A DNA stretch of 12,413 bases from Chlamydiae bacterium RIFCSPHIGHO2_12_FULL_49_11 (GTDB lineage Bacteria; Chlamydiota; Chlamydiia; Chlamydiales; 2-12-FULL-49-11), in assembly GCA_001794905.1 (NCBI GenBank), contig MGLW01000052.1, positions 4,046-16,458 on the forward strand, read 5' to 3'. The translations under genes and the position numbers were made by a program. The notes beneath the pieces were generated by a model. The model did not search any database, had not been told where the DNA came from, and saw only the letters and a list, made by a program, of their open reading frames with translations. Position 1 is the stretch's first letter. Each line of letters begins with the position of its first letter. Of the stretch, positions 1-8,372 are shown in pieces.

Positions 1-2583
1 GCCCGACAGGGTATGGATTGTAGTTGACGAGGTGATCGCGCTAATGTCGAAAGTGGCAGCATTGGAAACCGAAGAAGAGTCTGCGATCGATCCTGCCGTA
101 GAAAGAGCCAAAGTTCCTGCAGAGATGGTTGTTGTGCCGGAATATGTATTCACACCTGAGAGGGTAAGGGAGCTTCCCCCTGCTTTGATCAGATTGCCCG
201 TTCCACTGATGGAACCTGAGAGGGTGCCATCGGAATTTTGAGTGACGGTCAAAGTTTTGCTGCCGAGGACGACCGTGCCTGATCCCGATAATGTATTGAT
301 TGTGGCTGAGGTAGTGACGGCACTGATATTGAATACGCCCGAATCGGTTAGCGAGGAAGAATCTGCGATTGTACCCGACCCCGAAAGGGCAAGTGTTCCG
401 GCACTGATCGTGGTGGTTCCCGTATAGGTATTTGTGCCCGTGAGTGTGAGGGTTGCAGGACCCGATTTGATAAAATTGCCGCTTGTGCCGCTGATAACCC
501 CCGAGAATGTTCCACTGCCTGTTTGAATCATGGTCAGGGTTCTACTCCCCAGGACGACGTTTCCCGAACCGGAGAGTGTCTGGGCCGTTGCAGAGCTGGT
601 CACTCCGCTGATATCGAACGTACCCGAGTCGGAAAGGGAAGTGGAACTGGCAATCGACCCGCTCGTGACAAGCGCTAGCGTGCCGGCGGTAATCGATGTC
701 GAACCCGTGTAGGTATTGGCTGCCGAAAGAGAAAGCGTCCCGCTGCCCGCTTTGACCAAATTTCCTCCGGCGCCGCTAATGATACCCGATACGGTTTGGT
801 CGGAACCCTGAGTGATGGTCAAGGTTTGGTTTCCCAGTTCCACAGCTCCCGAACCGGAGAGAATGTTGATCGACGCTCCGGAAGTGGTGGCGGCGATGTC
901 AAATGTACCGGAGTTTGCGACGGCGGAGGAATCGCCAATGCTTCCGCTGCCTGAAAGGGATAATGTTCCTGCACTGATGGTTGTGGTTCCGGTATAGGTG
1001 TTCACGTTAGACAAAGTAAGAATGCCGGTGCCGGCTTTGATGAAATTGCCGCCTGTGCCGCTGATGATTCCCGACACGGTGCCATCTGAGTTTTGAGTGA
1101 CGGTCAAAGTTCTGCTGCCAAGGACGACCGCACCTGATCCCGATAATGTATTGATTGTGGCTGAGGTTGTGACTCCACTAATGCTCAACGTTCCCGAGTT
1201 TGCGACGGAGGAGGAATCGGCAATGGAACCCGATCCGGAAAGCGCGAGCGTACCTGCAGTGATTGTGGTTGTCCCCGTATATGTATTTACCCCTGAAAGA
1301 GTCAAGGTAGATGTTCCTGCCTTGGCGATGCTGCCGCCGCTCCCGCTGATGACTCCCGAAACGGCGCCATTGGCATTCTGCGTTATGCTGAGAGACTTGC
1401 TTCCTAGTACAACACCCCCCGATCCCGATAGAGTCTGAATAGAGGTCCCTGTTGTGACGGCGCTGATACTGAACGTTCCGGAATTTGCGACTGCCGATAG
1501 CGAAATGGAGCCGTTTGTGGAAAGCGCCAATGTACCGGCGCTGATGGTTGTGGTGCCGGAGTAGGTATTTACCCCCGTGAGGGTAAGGGCGCTTCCCCCT
1601 GCCTTGGTTAGGCTGCCTCCCGATCCGCTGAAAACGCCGGAAAGGGTCACGTCGGAGTCGATGTTCACAGTGAGTGTCTTAGAGCCAAGCACGACATTTC
1701 CCGACCCTGATAAATCGGTGATAGTGGTGGAGCTTGTGATATCGCTGATGTCGAGAGTTCCTGAGTTTGCAACCGAAGATGAATCTTCCAGAGTACCGCT
1801 GCCGGATAAGGCAAGAGTACCGGCGCTAATTGTGGTTGCGCCGGTGTAGGTATTTACTCCGGCGAGCGTCAGCTCGGCTGCACCCGCTTTCGTAAAACTT
1901 CCGGAAGTTCCCGTTATAGCGCCGGACAAGGTATTATCGGTGCCTTGTGTGACGGTAAGCGATTTGGAGCCTATTTCTACACTTCCCGAGCCGGAAAGGG
2001 TATTTATCGAAGCCGAGGTTGTGACACCGCTGATGTCGAGGATACCGTTATCGGTAACGGCGGAGGAGGATGCGATACTGCCCGACACGGATAAAGCCAG
2101 TGTGCCGGCGCTGATGGTTGTGATACCGGAATAGGTATTTACTCCCGAGAGGGTGAGTTGACTTGCTCCTGCTTTGGTGAGATTTCCGCTAGAGCCGCTG
2201 ATGATACCCGATACGGTTTGGTCGGAACCCTGAGTGATAGTCAGGGTTTTACTGCCCAAACTCACATTTCCCGATCCGGACAGGGTGTTGATTGTTGTGG
2301 AAGAAGTGACGGTGCTGATGTCAAGCGTTCCTGAATTTACGACGGCATCCGATGTTGCGATCGATCCCGAGACGGAAAGAGCTATGGTCCCCGCGCTGAT
2401 GGTTGTGGTTCCGGTATAGGTGTTCACTCCCGAAAGGGTAAGGGCGGAGGATCCTGCTTTGGTAAAGTTACCGGTGCCTCCGATCACGCCCGAGAACGTG
2501 TTGTCGGCATTTTGAGTTACGGTGAGGGTGCGGGCGCCGAGTGTGATCGTTCCGGATCCGGACAAGGTGCCGATGCCGGCGCC
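1..2583 (-). repeat. Intragenic tandem array of about 9 units of 285/282 bp (95/94 aa), one PATR motif per unit
   Basis: NTY motif markers at about 145, 427, 712, 997, 1282, 1564, 1849, 2134 and 2419 (spacings 282, 285, 285, 285, 282, 285, 285, 285). First full unit: NTYTGTTTISAGTIALSVSGSIATSDAVVNSGTLDISTVTSSTTINTLSGSGNVSLGSKTLTITQGSDQTVSGIISGSSGNLTKAGASQLTLSGV. Confidence 0.93.
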
Positions 2584-3510
2584 GAGAGTTGCGTTTGTGA
2601 TATTGAGTATGCCGTTTATCACGGTGGTGTTGGGGATCGAGATGCCGCTGTTTAAGACAAGTGTTGCGCCGCCCACGCCGCTAGCGACTGTTAAAGTGCC
2701 GCCGCCGCTGCCCCCTAAGGCGTTATTATGAGCGATGACAAGCTGGTCGTTCCAAACGGTAGTGGCTCCCGAGAAAGGCCCGGCGGAACTATTTCCTGAC
2801 AAGGTTGTAATTCCTCCTGTAACGGTATTATTCAAGTCGATATTTAAACTGCCGCTGCCGCTGAAAGCACCGGAAAAACTCATCGTCGCGCCGCCGTTGT
2901 TAAAAAGGAAGCCGTCCCCCGTCATCGAGACGGGGTTTGTAAAAGTTAAGAAGCCGAAAGACTTGAGTGTTCCGCCGTTAAAAGTGATCGTTTGCGTTCC
3001 ATCCCAGGGAATTTTTCCGAAAAATCCCACATTCAAAGTACCGCTGAGAAGAGATGTACCGCCGCTATAAGTGTTCGCCCCTGCTGAAGCATTTGCGCCA
3101 TTATAATCAACAATTCCGCTTGTTCCCGGGTTGATGACGACGCTGCCGTCACCTGCGATCACCCCGATAAGCCTTGTGGTACCTGTGGATCCGAATGTAA
3201 GAGAGTTTCCTGCATCGATGTTAAAGATTGTTTGCGTAGATGCAAATGCAGAGATTCTAGGCTGGTTGGAAGTGCTGCTTGCCGTTAACGACACCGAATT
3301 GGAGAGGGTTGCAAGGGGCACTCCATCGGAGAGAGTGGTTGTGCCATTTCCGATATCCAACTGTACCGTATTGCCCGATCCTGCTACGGCGCTGGTAAAA
3401 GCGGCATAAATGCCGTCCCCGGCAGTCGGATCTGTGCTGGTAACGGTGTAGGTGGTGGCTAAAAGGGAAGTGCCGAAATAGACCGAAGCAAAAATAAGGG
3501 GAAATTTCAT
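1..3510 (-). CDS. Large PATR-repeat beta-solenoid surface protein, probable autotransporter adhesin; partial, C-terminus lies beyond base 1
   Basis: Not in the ORF track because there is no stop within the window. ATG at 3510-3508 with GGTGGAG SD-like motif about 8 nt upstream. Manual translation: MKFPLIFASVYFGTSLLA|TTYTVTSTDPTAGDG... (Sec signal), then repeated (L/F)TKAG-x3-LTLSGVNTY(T/S)GTTTISAGT(L/I) PATR motifs, ending ...DISAITSSTTIHTLSG at base 1. All short + strand ORFs from 32 to 3409 lie in one constant shadow frame, which argues against a frameshift. The beta-barrel is not visible in the window. Confidence 0.9.
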   Translation of the reverse strand, partial: MKFPLIFASVYFGTSLLATTYTVTSTDPTAGDGIYAAFTSAVAGSGNTVQLDIGNGTTTLSDGVPLATLSNSVSLTASSTSNQPRISAFASTQTIFNIDAGNSLTFGSTGTTRLIGVIAGDGSVVINPGTSGIVDYNGANASAGANTYSGGTSLLSGTLNVGFFGKIPWDGTQTITFNGGTLKSFGFLTFTNPVSMTGDGFLFNNGGATMSFSGAFSGSGSLNIDLNNTVTGGITTLSGNSSAGPFSGATTVWNDQLVIAHNNALGGSGGGTLTVASGVGGATLVLNSGISIPNTTVINGILNITNATLGAGIGTLSGSGTITLGARTLTVTQNADNTFSGVIGGTGNFTKAGSSALTLSGVNTYTGTTTISAGTIALSVSGSIATSDAVVNSGTLDISTVTSSTTINTLSGSGNVSLGSKTLTITQGSDQTVSGIISGSSGNLTKAGASQLTLSGVNTYSGITTISAGTLALSVSGSIASSSAVTDNGILDISGVTTSASINTLSGSGSVEIGSKSLTVTQGTDNTLSGAITGTSGSFTKAGAAELTLAGVNTYTGATTISAGTLALSGSGTLEDSSSVANSGTLDISDITSSTTITDLSGSGNVVLGSKTLTVNIDSDVTLSGVFSGSGGSLTKAGGSALTLTGVNTYSGTTTISAGTLALSTNGSISLSAVANSGTFSISAVTTGTSIQTLSGSGGVVLGSKSLSITQNANGAVSGVISGSGGSIAKAGTSTLTLSGVNTYTGTTTITAGTLALSGSGSIADSSSVANSGTLSISGVTTSATINTLSGSGAVVLGSRTLTVTQNSDGTVSGIISGTGGNFIKAGTGILTLSNVNTYTGTTTISAGTLSLSGSGSIGDSSAVANSGTFDIAATTSGASINILSGSGAVELGNQTLTITQGSDQTVSGIISGAGGNLVKAGSGTLSLSAANTYTGSTSITAGTLALVTSGSIASSTSLSDSGTFDISGVTSSATAQTLSGSGNVVLGSRTLTMIQTGSGTFSGVISGTSGNFIKSGPATLTLTGTNTYTGTTTISAGTLALSGSGTIADSSSLTDSGVFNISAVTTSATINTLSGSGTVVLGSKTLTVTQNSDGTLSGSISGTGNLIKAGGSSLTLSGVNTYSGTTTISAGTLALSTAGSIADSSSVSNAATFDISAITSSTTIHTLSG

Positions 3511-3551
3511 TCACACTTCTCCACCCATAATCTAGGTGATTCAAATAAAAA

Positions 3552-6500
3552 TTAGAAGAAGAAAGCGAGTTCCAGCGTGCCTTCGTTATTAATATACTCT
3601 TTGCCGACACTGAGAAAATATCGGAGCCCGGTCGTATACCGTTGCAGGTATTGGAACTTGAGGCCAAGGTCCAAAGTTCCAAAAAATGAAGATCCTGTAA
3701 AACCGTCGATTTGATAATTGGGTGTGCAAATAGTTTTGTTATTCCAATTGACGGTATAATTGGAGTTTCCTAGGGGTACCGTTTTCATAATTCCAAGGGC
3801 AAGGGAGGGGAGGGCGATCAGGGTGGGATTTAGACAAATGCTCTCTTCGAATGTGACATCGGCGAAAAGACGGAAGAAAAACCGGTTTTTTTTGTTGAAC
3901 ACAAGGTCCATCACACCTGCTCCCTTTTCCATGAATCCGCCGTTATAACATTGGAGGAAGGTTGCATTGAGGCGCGGTTTGAAAAGGTAGCTGAGCATCA
4001 GGTTTTGCATGCCGGTGATGGCGTAGGCACATTCGATCGAATTGAGAAGGTCGTAGGTAAAACGGCGGGCGTGGGCGACAAAATTGAGCCCCGCTACATT
4101 GATGTTGCGTTGGACCATCTCCAGATTGATCGCCGCTTGCAAGAGAGTTCCAATATAAAAAGGGCCACTGATGTAGCCGAAATACGGGCCAATGTAGGCA
4201 GCGTTATTGATGCCGTGTCCCAGGTCATACTGCCATCCGATATGGGTATTGGTATAGGCAAGGCTTCCTCCGAGGAAGAAATGGTGATTCAAGATTGCAG
4301 AGAAGCCCGTGATGAAGCCGTAGGTATCGGTTACAAAACGAAACTCGTCGGTCGCAATCTGCCGGTTTACCATCACGATAGGAACGGACCATGAGGACAT
4401 GGTTTCTGTATAGAATCCGCACGCAATGAGCCTGTCAAGTTCGCGACCCATTCTTTCGGAGGCGATGTAGCCGAGGTGAGAGTTGTTTTCGAGTTCGAGA
4501 AGAGGAAATGCCGTGTAGGTCGATCCGCATACGGTTCCTAGATCGAAAGCAAAATTGGGGGAGGTGAGAAGGGCGTTCTCGATATCGATAAGCTCGGCAT
4601 TCAGGTTGGAAGACATGGAACAGAAAAGGTAATTGGAAAGGGCCTGTTGATTGGGAGTAAGAACGGCACCTGTCGGGAGGACAATCCCGTGGGTGTCGAC
4701 TTGAAGGTAAGCGGTGGTGGAGGTGTATACGACCTCGAGGTCAAGGCCGTTGGATTCGATCACTTGACTGAAAGTTCCGGTGATATTTCCTGCCCGCAGA
4801 AAGACATATTGGGTGCCGGCCTGATGCACTCCGGCGTAGGGCACCACCAGAATGGTCTGATCTAACGTTGCCGTTCCGGAAACGTCGAGGAGGTCGGCTC
4901 TCCCTTCCGGGTCAATTTCGACCGTGAGGGTTGAATTCGTTTCCTGCGTATAGTTGCCGATCACCGTAAGGGTATCGACCGAATTTCCGGGAGCGACCGT
5001 TCCGAAGTTGTCGAGCGTGCCGATGGTACCGCTGCCTTGCAAGATGGTACCGGCGCTCACCGTAACCGGAGCAGACGCCATCGATCCATTGACGGTCAGT
5101 TTTCCTCCCGAAACGGTAAAAGCGCCGCTATTTGTTGAAGTTCCCGTGAGTGTCAGACTCCCGTCTCCCGACTTGGTGATAGTGCCTGCACCGGAAAAGG
5201 AATCGGAATAGGTTCCGTTTGTGGTTTGGTGAATGACGAGAGTAGCGCCGTTATTGATGCTTGCCGTAAGGCTGCTCGTGTCTCCCGTTAATGTGCCTGC
5301 TGTGATGGTGATCGTTCCCGTGTTCGAGTTGGCGCCGCTTAACGTGAGATTCCCGCTCCCTTGTTTTGTGATAGTTCCGCTTCCCGAGAGGGTTTTCGAA
5401 AAAGTGCCGTTGGAAGTTTGATCGAAGATGAGAGTGCCGCTATTGGCAATGTCTGTGGGAAGTGTAGCTGCCGATCCCTGCAATGTGCCTGCAGAGATTG
5501 TAGTCGTTCCCGTATAGCTATTGCTTCCGGTAAGAATGAGTGTGCCGGAGCCCGTCTTTGTGAGATTTGTGCCCTGGATAGCGGAGGAGACGGTAAGCGT
5601 TCCCGAATTGGTGTCGATGGATCCCGAGCCTGAAAGGAGAATCGAGCGCGCAAGGGTGAAGGTGGCGGTTGTTTGCAACGTGCCGCTATTTAAAGTGATC
5701 GTATTGCTTGCATTTCCCAGATTTGCCGTTGCCGAAATCGAGACGGTACCGGCGCTGATGGTGGTTAGTCCTCCGCTATACGTATTTGTTCCGCTGAGAA
5801 TAAGGGTACCCGCTCCCGTTTTTGTGAGAATTCCCGCTTCCGAGCCGTTGCTGATCACTCCGCTGAGCGTGGCCGTTTGCCCGCTTGCTACTCCAATGAT
5901 GCTCGTGCTGTCGATATTGTAACTATTCGACATGGAGAAAGAACCGGAAAAAGTGAGGGTCGCATCTCCCACGGTGACGGTACCCGTGGCAAGATCCCAC
6001 GGGTTTCCGTTGTTAGATCCCACTTGCAATTCTCCCGTTACGATGTTCGTGCCGCCCGTGTAGGTGTTATTGCTCGAATTGGCAAAAATCAAGGTGCCGA
6101 GCGTGCCCGATTCGTCATTTTGTTTCCGGAAGATGCCGGTTCCGGAGATGCTTCCGGTAAGGGTGGCTGTAGAATCGGTTCCTTGATGCCCTATAGTGAT
6201 GTCTCCCATACCCGTGAGGACAAGATCGTTCGGAAAAGTTATGCCGTCATCGAAGAGAAAAAACGAATTCGGGTTCAGCGTCACCGAGCCGCCGCCGCTT
6301 CCTCCGAATGCCGCGTTGTTATTGACATAGACCGTTTGCGTTCCGTACACTTCGGAATTGCCGGTAAACGTGTTGGTGCCGGTGATATATACCGTGCCGA
6401 TAACTCCGCCTGATCCGAGAACAAGTCCTCCCGTACCGCTGATCGTGCCGGAGAAAGTATTGGAAAATAAATTTGGGTTGATATTGCCGTTCGAGGAGAG

Positions 6501-7085
6501 GGATATCGGGTTTTCGATGGTAAGTCCTCCGGAGAAGGTCAACGTGCCTCCGTTAAACGTAACTGTGCCGGTACTTCCCCATCCTGCATTGCCGTAGTAT
6601 CCGATCTTGAGTGTTCCGCTGGTCAGGGTTGTCCCACCGGTATAGGTGTTAAAAGGAGCACCACCGGGAAATCCTCCCTGAAAATTGATGGTTCCCCCCG
6701 CGCCGGGATCAATGACCACACCGCCCGCACCTGCAATCACTCCACTGATGGTGATTTCCTCACAGGTACTAAAAGTAATGGTGTTTCCTGTATTGATGTT
6801 GAAAATGGTTTGACGGAGGGTATAGGCATTGATCGTATTGGATTGTGTACCGGCGGCGGTTTGAAATGTGACCGAGTTGGCTACAGTATCGAGAGGGGTG
6901 TTATTGACGAGAGTCATTGTCGCTCCCGCAACCCCAGCGCCCAAAGTTACAATGTTCCCGGCTGAGGCGACGGCTGCATCAAATTCTTCGTATAAACCGT
7001 TTGCTTCCGTCGGCACTGCATTGGTGACGATGAAATTCGTCGCGAATAGAGTGCTATACCCCGCAAGACAAATGAGCCTCTTCAT
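3552..7085 (-). CDS. Type Va autotransporter with PATR-repeat passenger and C-terminal beta-barrel (1177 aa)
   Basis: Signal peptide MKRLICLAGYSTLFA. G/T/S/N-rich passenger with about 7 PATR-like motifs (e.g. LTKTGAGTLILSGTNTYSGG). Passenger end GTVAPGNS...LTVIGNYTQ...ADLLDVSGTATL and linker LTPNQQAL. Amphipathic, aromatic-rich last ~300 aa ending LELAFFF (terminal Phe, BAM signal). Confidence 0.92.
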   Translation of the reverse strand: MKRLICLAGYSTLFATNFIVTNAVPTEANGLYEEFDAAVASAGNIVTLGAGVAGATMTLVNNTPLDTVANSVTFQTAAGTQSNTINAYTLRQTIFNINTGNTITFSTCEEITISGVIAGAGGVVIDPGAGGTINFQGGFPGGAPFNTYTGGTTLTSGTLKIGYYGNAGWGSTGTVTFNGGTLTFSGGLTIENPISLSSNGNINPNLFSNTFSGTISGTGGLVLGSGGVIGTVYITGTNTFTGNSEVYGTQTVYVNNNAAFGGSGGGSVTLNPNSFFLFDDGITFPNDLVLTGMGDITIGHQGTDSTATLTGSISGTGIFRKQNDESGTLGTLIFANSSNNTYTGGTNIVTGELQVGSNNGNPWDLATGTVTVGDATLTFSGSFSMSNSYNIDSTSIIGVASGQTATLSGVISNGSEAGILTKTGAGTLILSGTNTYSGGLTTISAGTVSISATANLGNASNTITLNSGTLQTTATFTLARSILLSGSGSIDTNSGTLTVSSAIQGTNLTKTGSGTLILTGSNSYTGTTTISAGTLQGSAATLPTDIANSGTLIFDQTSNGTFSKTLSGSGTITKQGSGNLTLSGANSNTGTITITAGTLTGDTSSLTASINNGATLVIHQTTNGTYSDSFSGAGTITKSGDGSLTLTGTSTNSGAFTVSGGKLTVNGSMASAPVTVSAGTILQGSGTIGTLDNFGTVAPGNSVDTLTVIGNYTQETNSTLTVEIDPEGRADLLDVSGTATLDQTILVVPYAGVHQAGTQYVFLRAGNITGTFSQVIESNGLDLEVVYTSTTAYLQVDTHGIVLPTGAVLTPNQQALSNYLFCSMSSNLNAELIDIENALLTSPNFAFDLGTVCGSTYTAFPLLELENNSHLGYIASERMGRELDRLIACGFYTETMSSWSVPIVMVNRQIATDEFRFVTDTYGFITGFSAILNHHFFLGGSLAYTNTHIGWQYDLGHGINNAAYIGPYFGYISGPFYIGTLLQAAINLEMVQRNINVAGLNFVAHARRFTYDLLNSIECAYAITGMQNLMLSYLFKPRLNATFLQCYNGGFMEKGAGVMDLVFNKKNRFFFRLFADVTFEESICLNPTLIALPSLALGIMKTVPLGNSNYTVNWNNKTICTPNYQIDGFTGSSFFGTLDLGLKFQYLQRYTTGLRYFLSVGKEYINNEGTLELAFFF
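5080..5570 (-). repeat. About 2.5 copies of a 192-bp (64-aa) PATR-containing repeat within the 1177-aa autotransporter
   Basis: Lys codons of LTKTGSG, ITKQGSG and ITKSGDG at 5556, 5364 and 5172 are exactly 192 bp apart. The intervening segments align (NSGTLIFDQTSNGTFS vs NNGATLVIHQTTNGTYS). Confidence 0.8.
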
Positions 7086-7157
7086 AATTTCACCCTAGAA
7101 TATAATGCAAAAAATTACAATTTCTCTTTAAAGCACGATATTGTAGAATCATGATCT

Positions 7158-8372
7158 ATGTTTGCCTTGACAAAGTCTTTAAAAACACTTACGGCAACGT
7201 TCCTCATTGCAGGAACTTGTATCGGCGGAGGAATTTTAGCTCTCCCGATCGAAGCGGGAGAGATGGGTTTTTTCCCGGCGCTCTTTGCACTTTTGGTTTG
7301 CTCGCTTTTTATGGCGGGCACGGGGCTTTTATACGCGCAAGCCTCCCTTTGGGTAGAAGACGAACAGGCCCATGTCGTTTCCATTTCGAAACATTTGCTC
7401 GGTCGTACGGGGGAGTGGTGTGCCGTAGTTATTTACCTTTTTATGGGGTATGCTTCTCTCGTGGCCTACAATTCGCAAGGAGTGATGTATGTGCAAAGCT
7501 TTTTTCAGAGCGTCTTTGCCGTTCCCCTCTTGCATTGGCAGGCGGCCGCCATTTTTGCCGCCGTTTTCGGTTCGGTTTTATTCCTTTCCACCCAACTGCT
7601 CGGTGTGATCAACGCCCTCGTCTTCGGTGCGATGATTGTCTTTTACTTCTTGATGGTGAGCCTGGGAGCTCCTCGTGTCAACATGGGTCTTTTAACGACG
7701 TATTCCTTTACCTCGACGTATAAGATCATTCCGCTTGTCATCACGTCCTTTTCGATGCAGATGATAGTGCCGAGCATCAGCATTTACCTTGGCCGAGATG
7801 CCAAAGCGTTAAAATTTGCCGTCTCTATGGGAATTCTCATTCCGGCATTTTTGTATGCGATCTGGATTGCGATCGTTCTCGGAATCGTGCCCCACATGGG
7901 CGATTTCGGAACTCAGAAAATCGGCTCCGGCGCTGTGACGCTCACTGCTGCGCTCGAACATTACACTTCAAGCCGTCTCTTTGGAGTCTTTTCCGAATTT
8001 TTCGGTATCTTTGCCCTGGTTACTTCGTATTTCGGAATAGGCCTTGGCCTCTATGATTTCATGAGCGATTTAACCAAGGTACACAAGCGGGGCATGGGAA
8101 AAATCCTTCTTGTCCTGATCGTGGTGATTCCCACTCTCTATTTTACCGTCTCCTACCCGGGAATTTTTCTCCTCGCACTGGATTTGACGGGCGGCTTCGG
8201 GGACTCGACTCTAGATGGAATCATTCCCGTTTTGATGGTGTGGATGGGAACGCGGGTTCTCGGCTATTCCAATGCCGCTTTTCCATTTGTTTCACGCCCC
8301 CCCGTTTTGGGACTTCTTTTCCTTTCCTCTCTCGTGATCCTCACAATCCAGATCATCAAGCTGGTGATGTAA
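7158..8372 (+). CDS. tyrP: Aromatic amino acid permease, HAAAP family (TyrP/Mtr/TnaB-like)
   Basis: 404 aa polytopic membrane protein with family motif TFLIAGTCIGGGILALP and later ALVTSYFGIGLGLYDF. Tyr versus Trp specificity cannot be decided from the sequence. Confidence 0.85.
   Translation: MFALTKSLKTLTATFLIAGTCIGGGILALPIEAGEMGFFPALFALLVCSLFMAGTGLLYAQASLWVEDEQAHVVSISKHLLGRTGEWCAVVIYLFMGYASLVAYNSQGVMYVQSFFQSVFAVPLLHWQAAAIFAAVFGSVLFLSTQLLGVINALVFGAMIVFYFLMVSLGAPRVNMGLLTTYSFTSTYKIIPLVITSFSMQMIVPSISIYLGRDAKALKFAVSMGILIPAFLYAIWIAIVLGIVPHMGDFGTQKIGSGAVTLTAALEHYTSSRLFGVFSEFFGIFALVTSYFGIGLGLYDFMSDLTKVHKRGMGKILLVLIVVIPTLYFTVSYPGIFLLALDLTGGFGDSTLDGIIPVLMVWMGTRVLGYSNAAFPFVSRPPVLGLLFLSSLVILTIQIIKLVM

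Noticed and set aside
1..2583. Possible CRISPR array, DGR template/variable repeat or invertible cassette
   Set aside because: The period is 282-285 bp, in-frame and protein-coding. There is no constant repeat with unique spacers, no clear adenine-only mismatch pattern, and no cas, reverse transcriptase or recombinase gene in the window.
32..3409. Regularly spaced short + strand ORFs of about 60-110 aa resembling an array of small paralogous genes
   Set aside because: They are all one antisense shadow frame of the minus-strand repeat gene. Most of their TAG stops come from the reverse complement of the T-Y codons in each NTY motif.
3257..7098. Alternative-frame and antisense ORFs over the autotransporters (e.g. 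3257-3682, 3951-4394, 5877-6413)
   Set aside because: They overlap well-supported CDSs and show no recognisable motifs.
7086..7157. Promoters or TyrR/TrpR boxes in the divergent autotransporter/tyrP gap
   Set aside because: TATAAT (7101-7106) and TAGAAT (7144-7149) lack a properly spaced -35, and I see no convincing operator palindrome.
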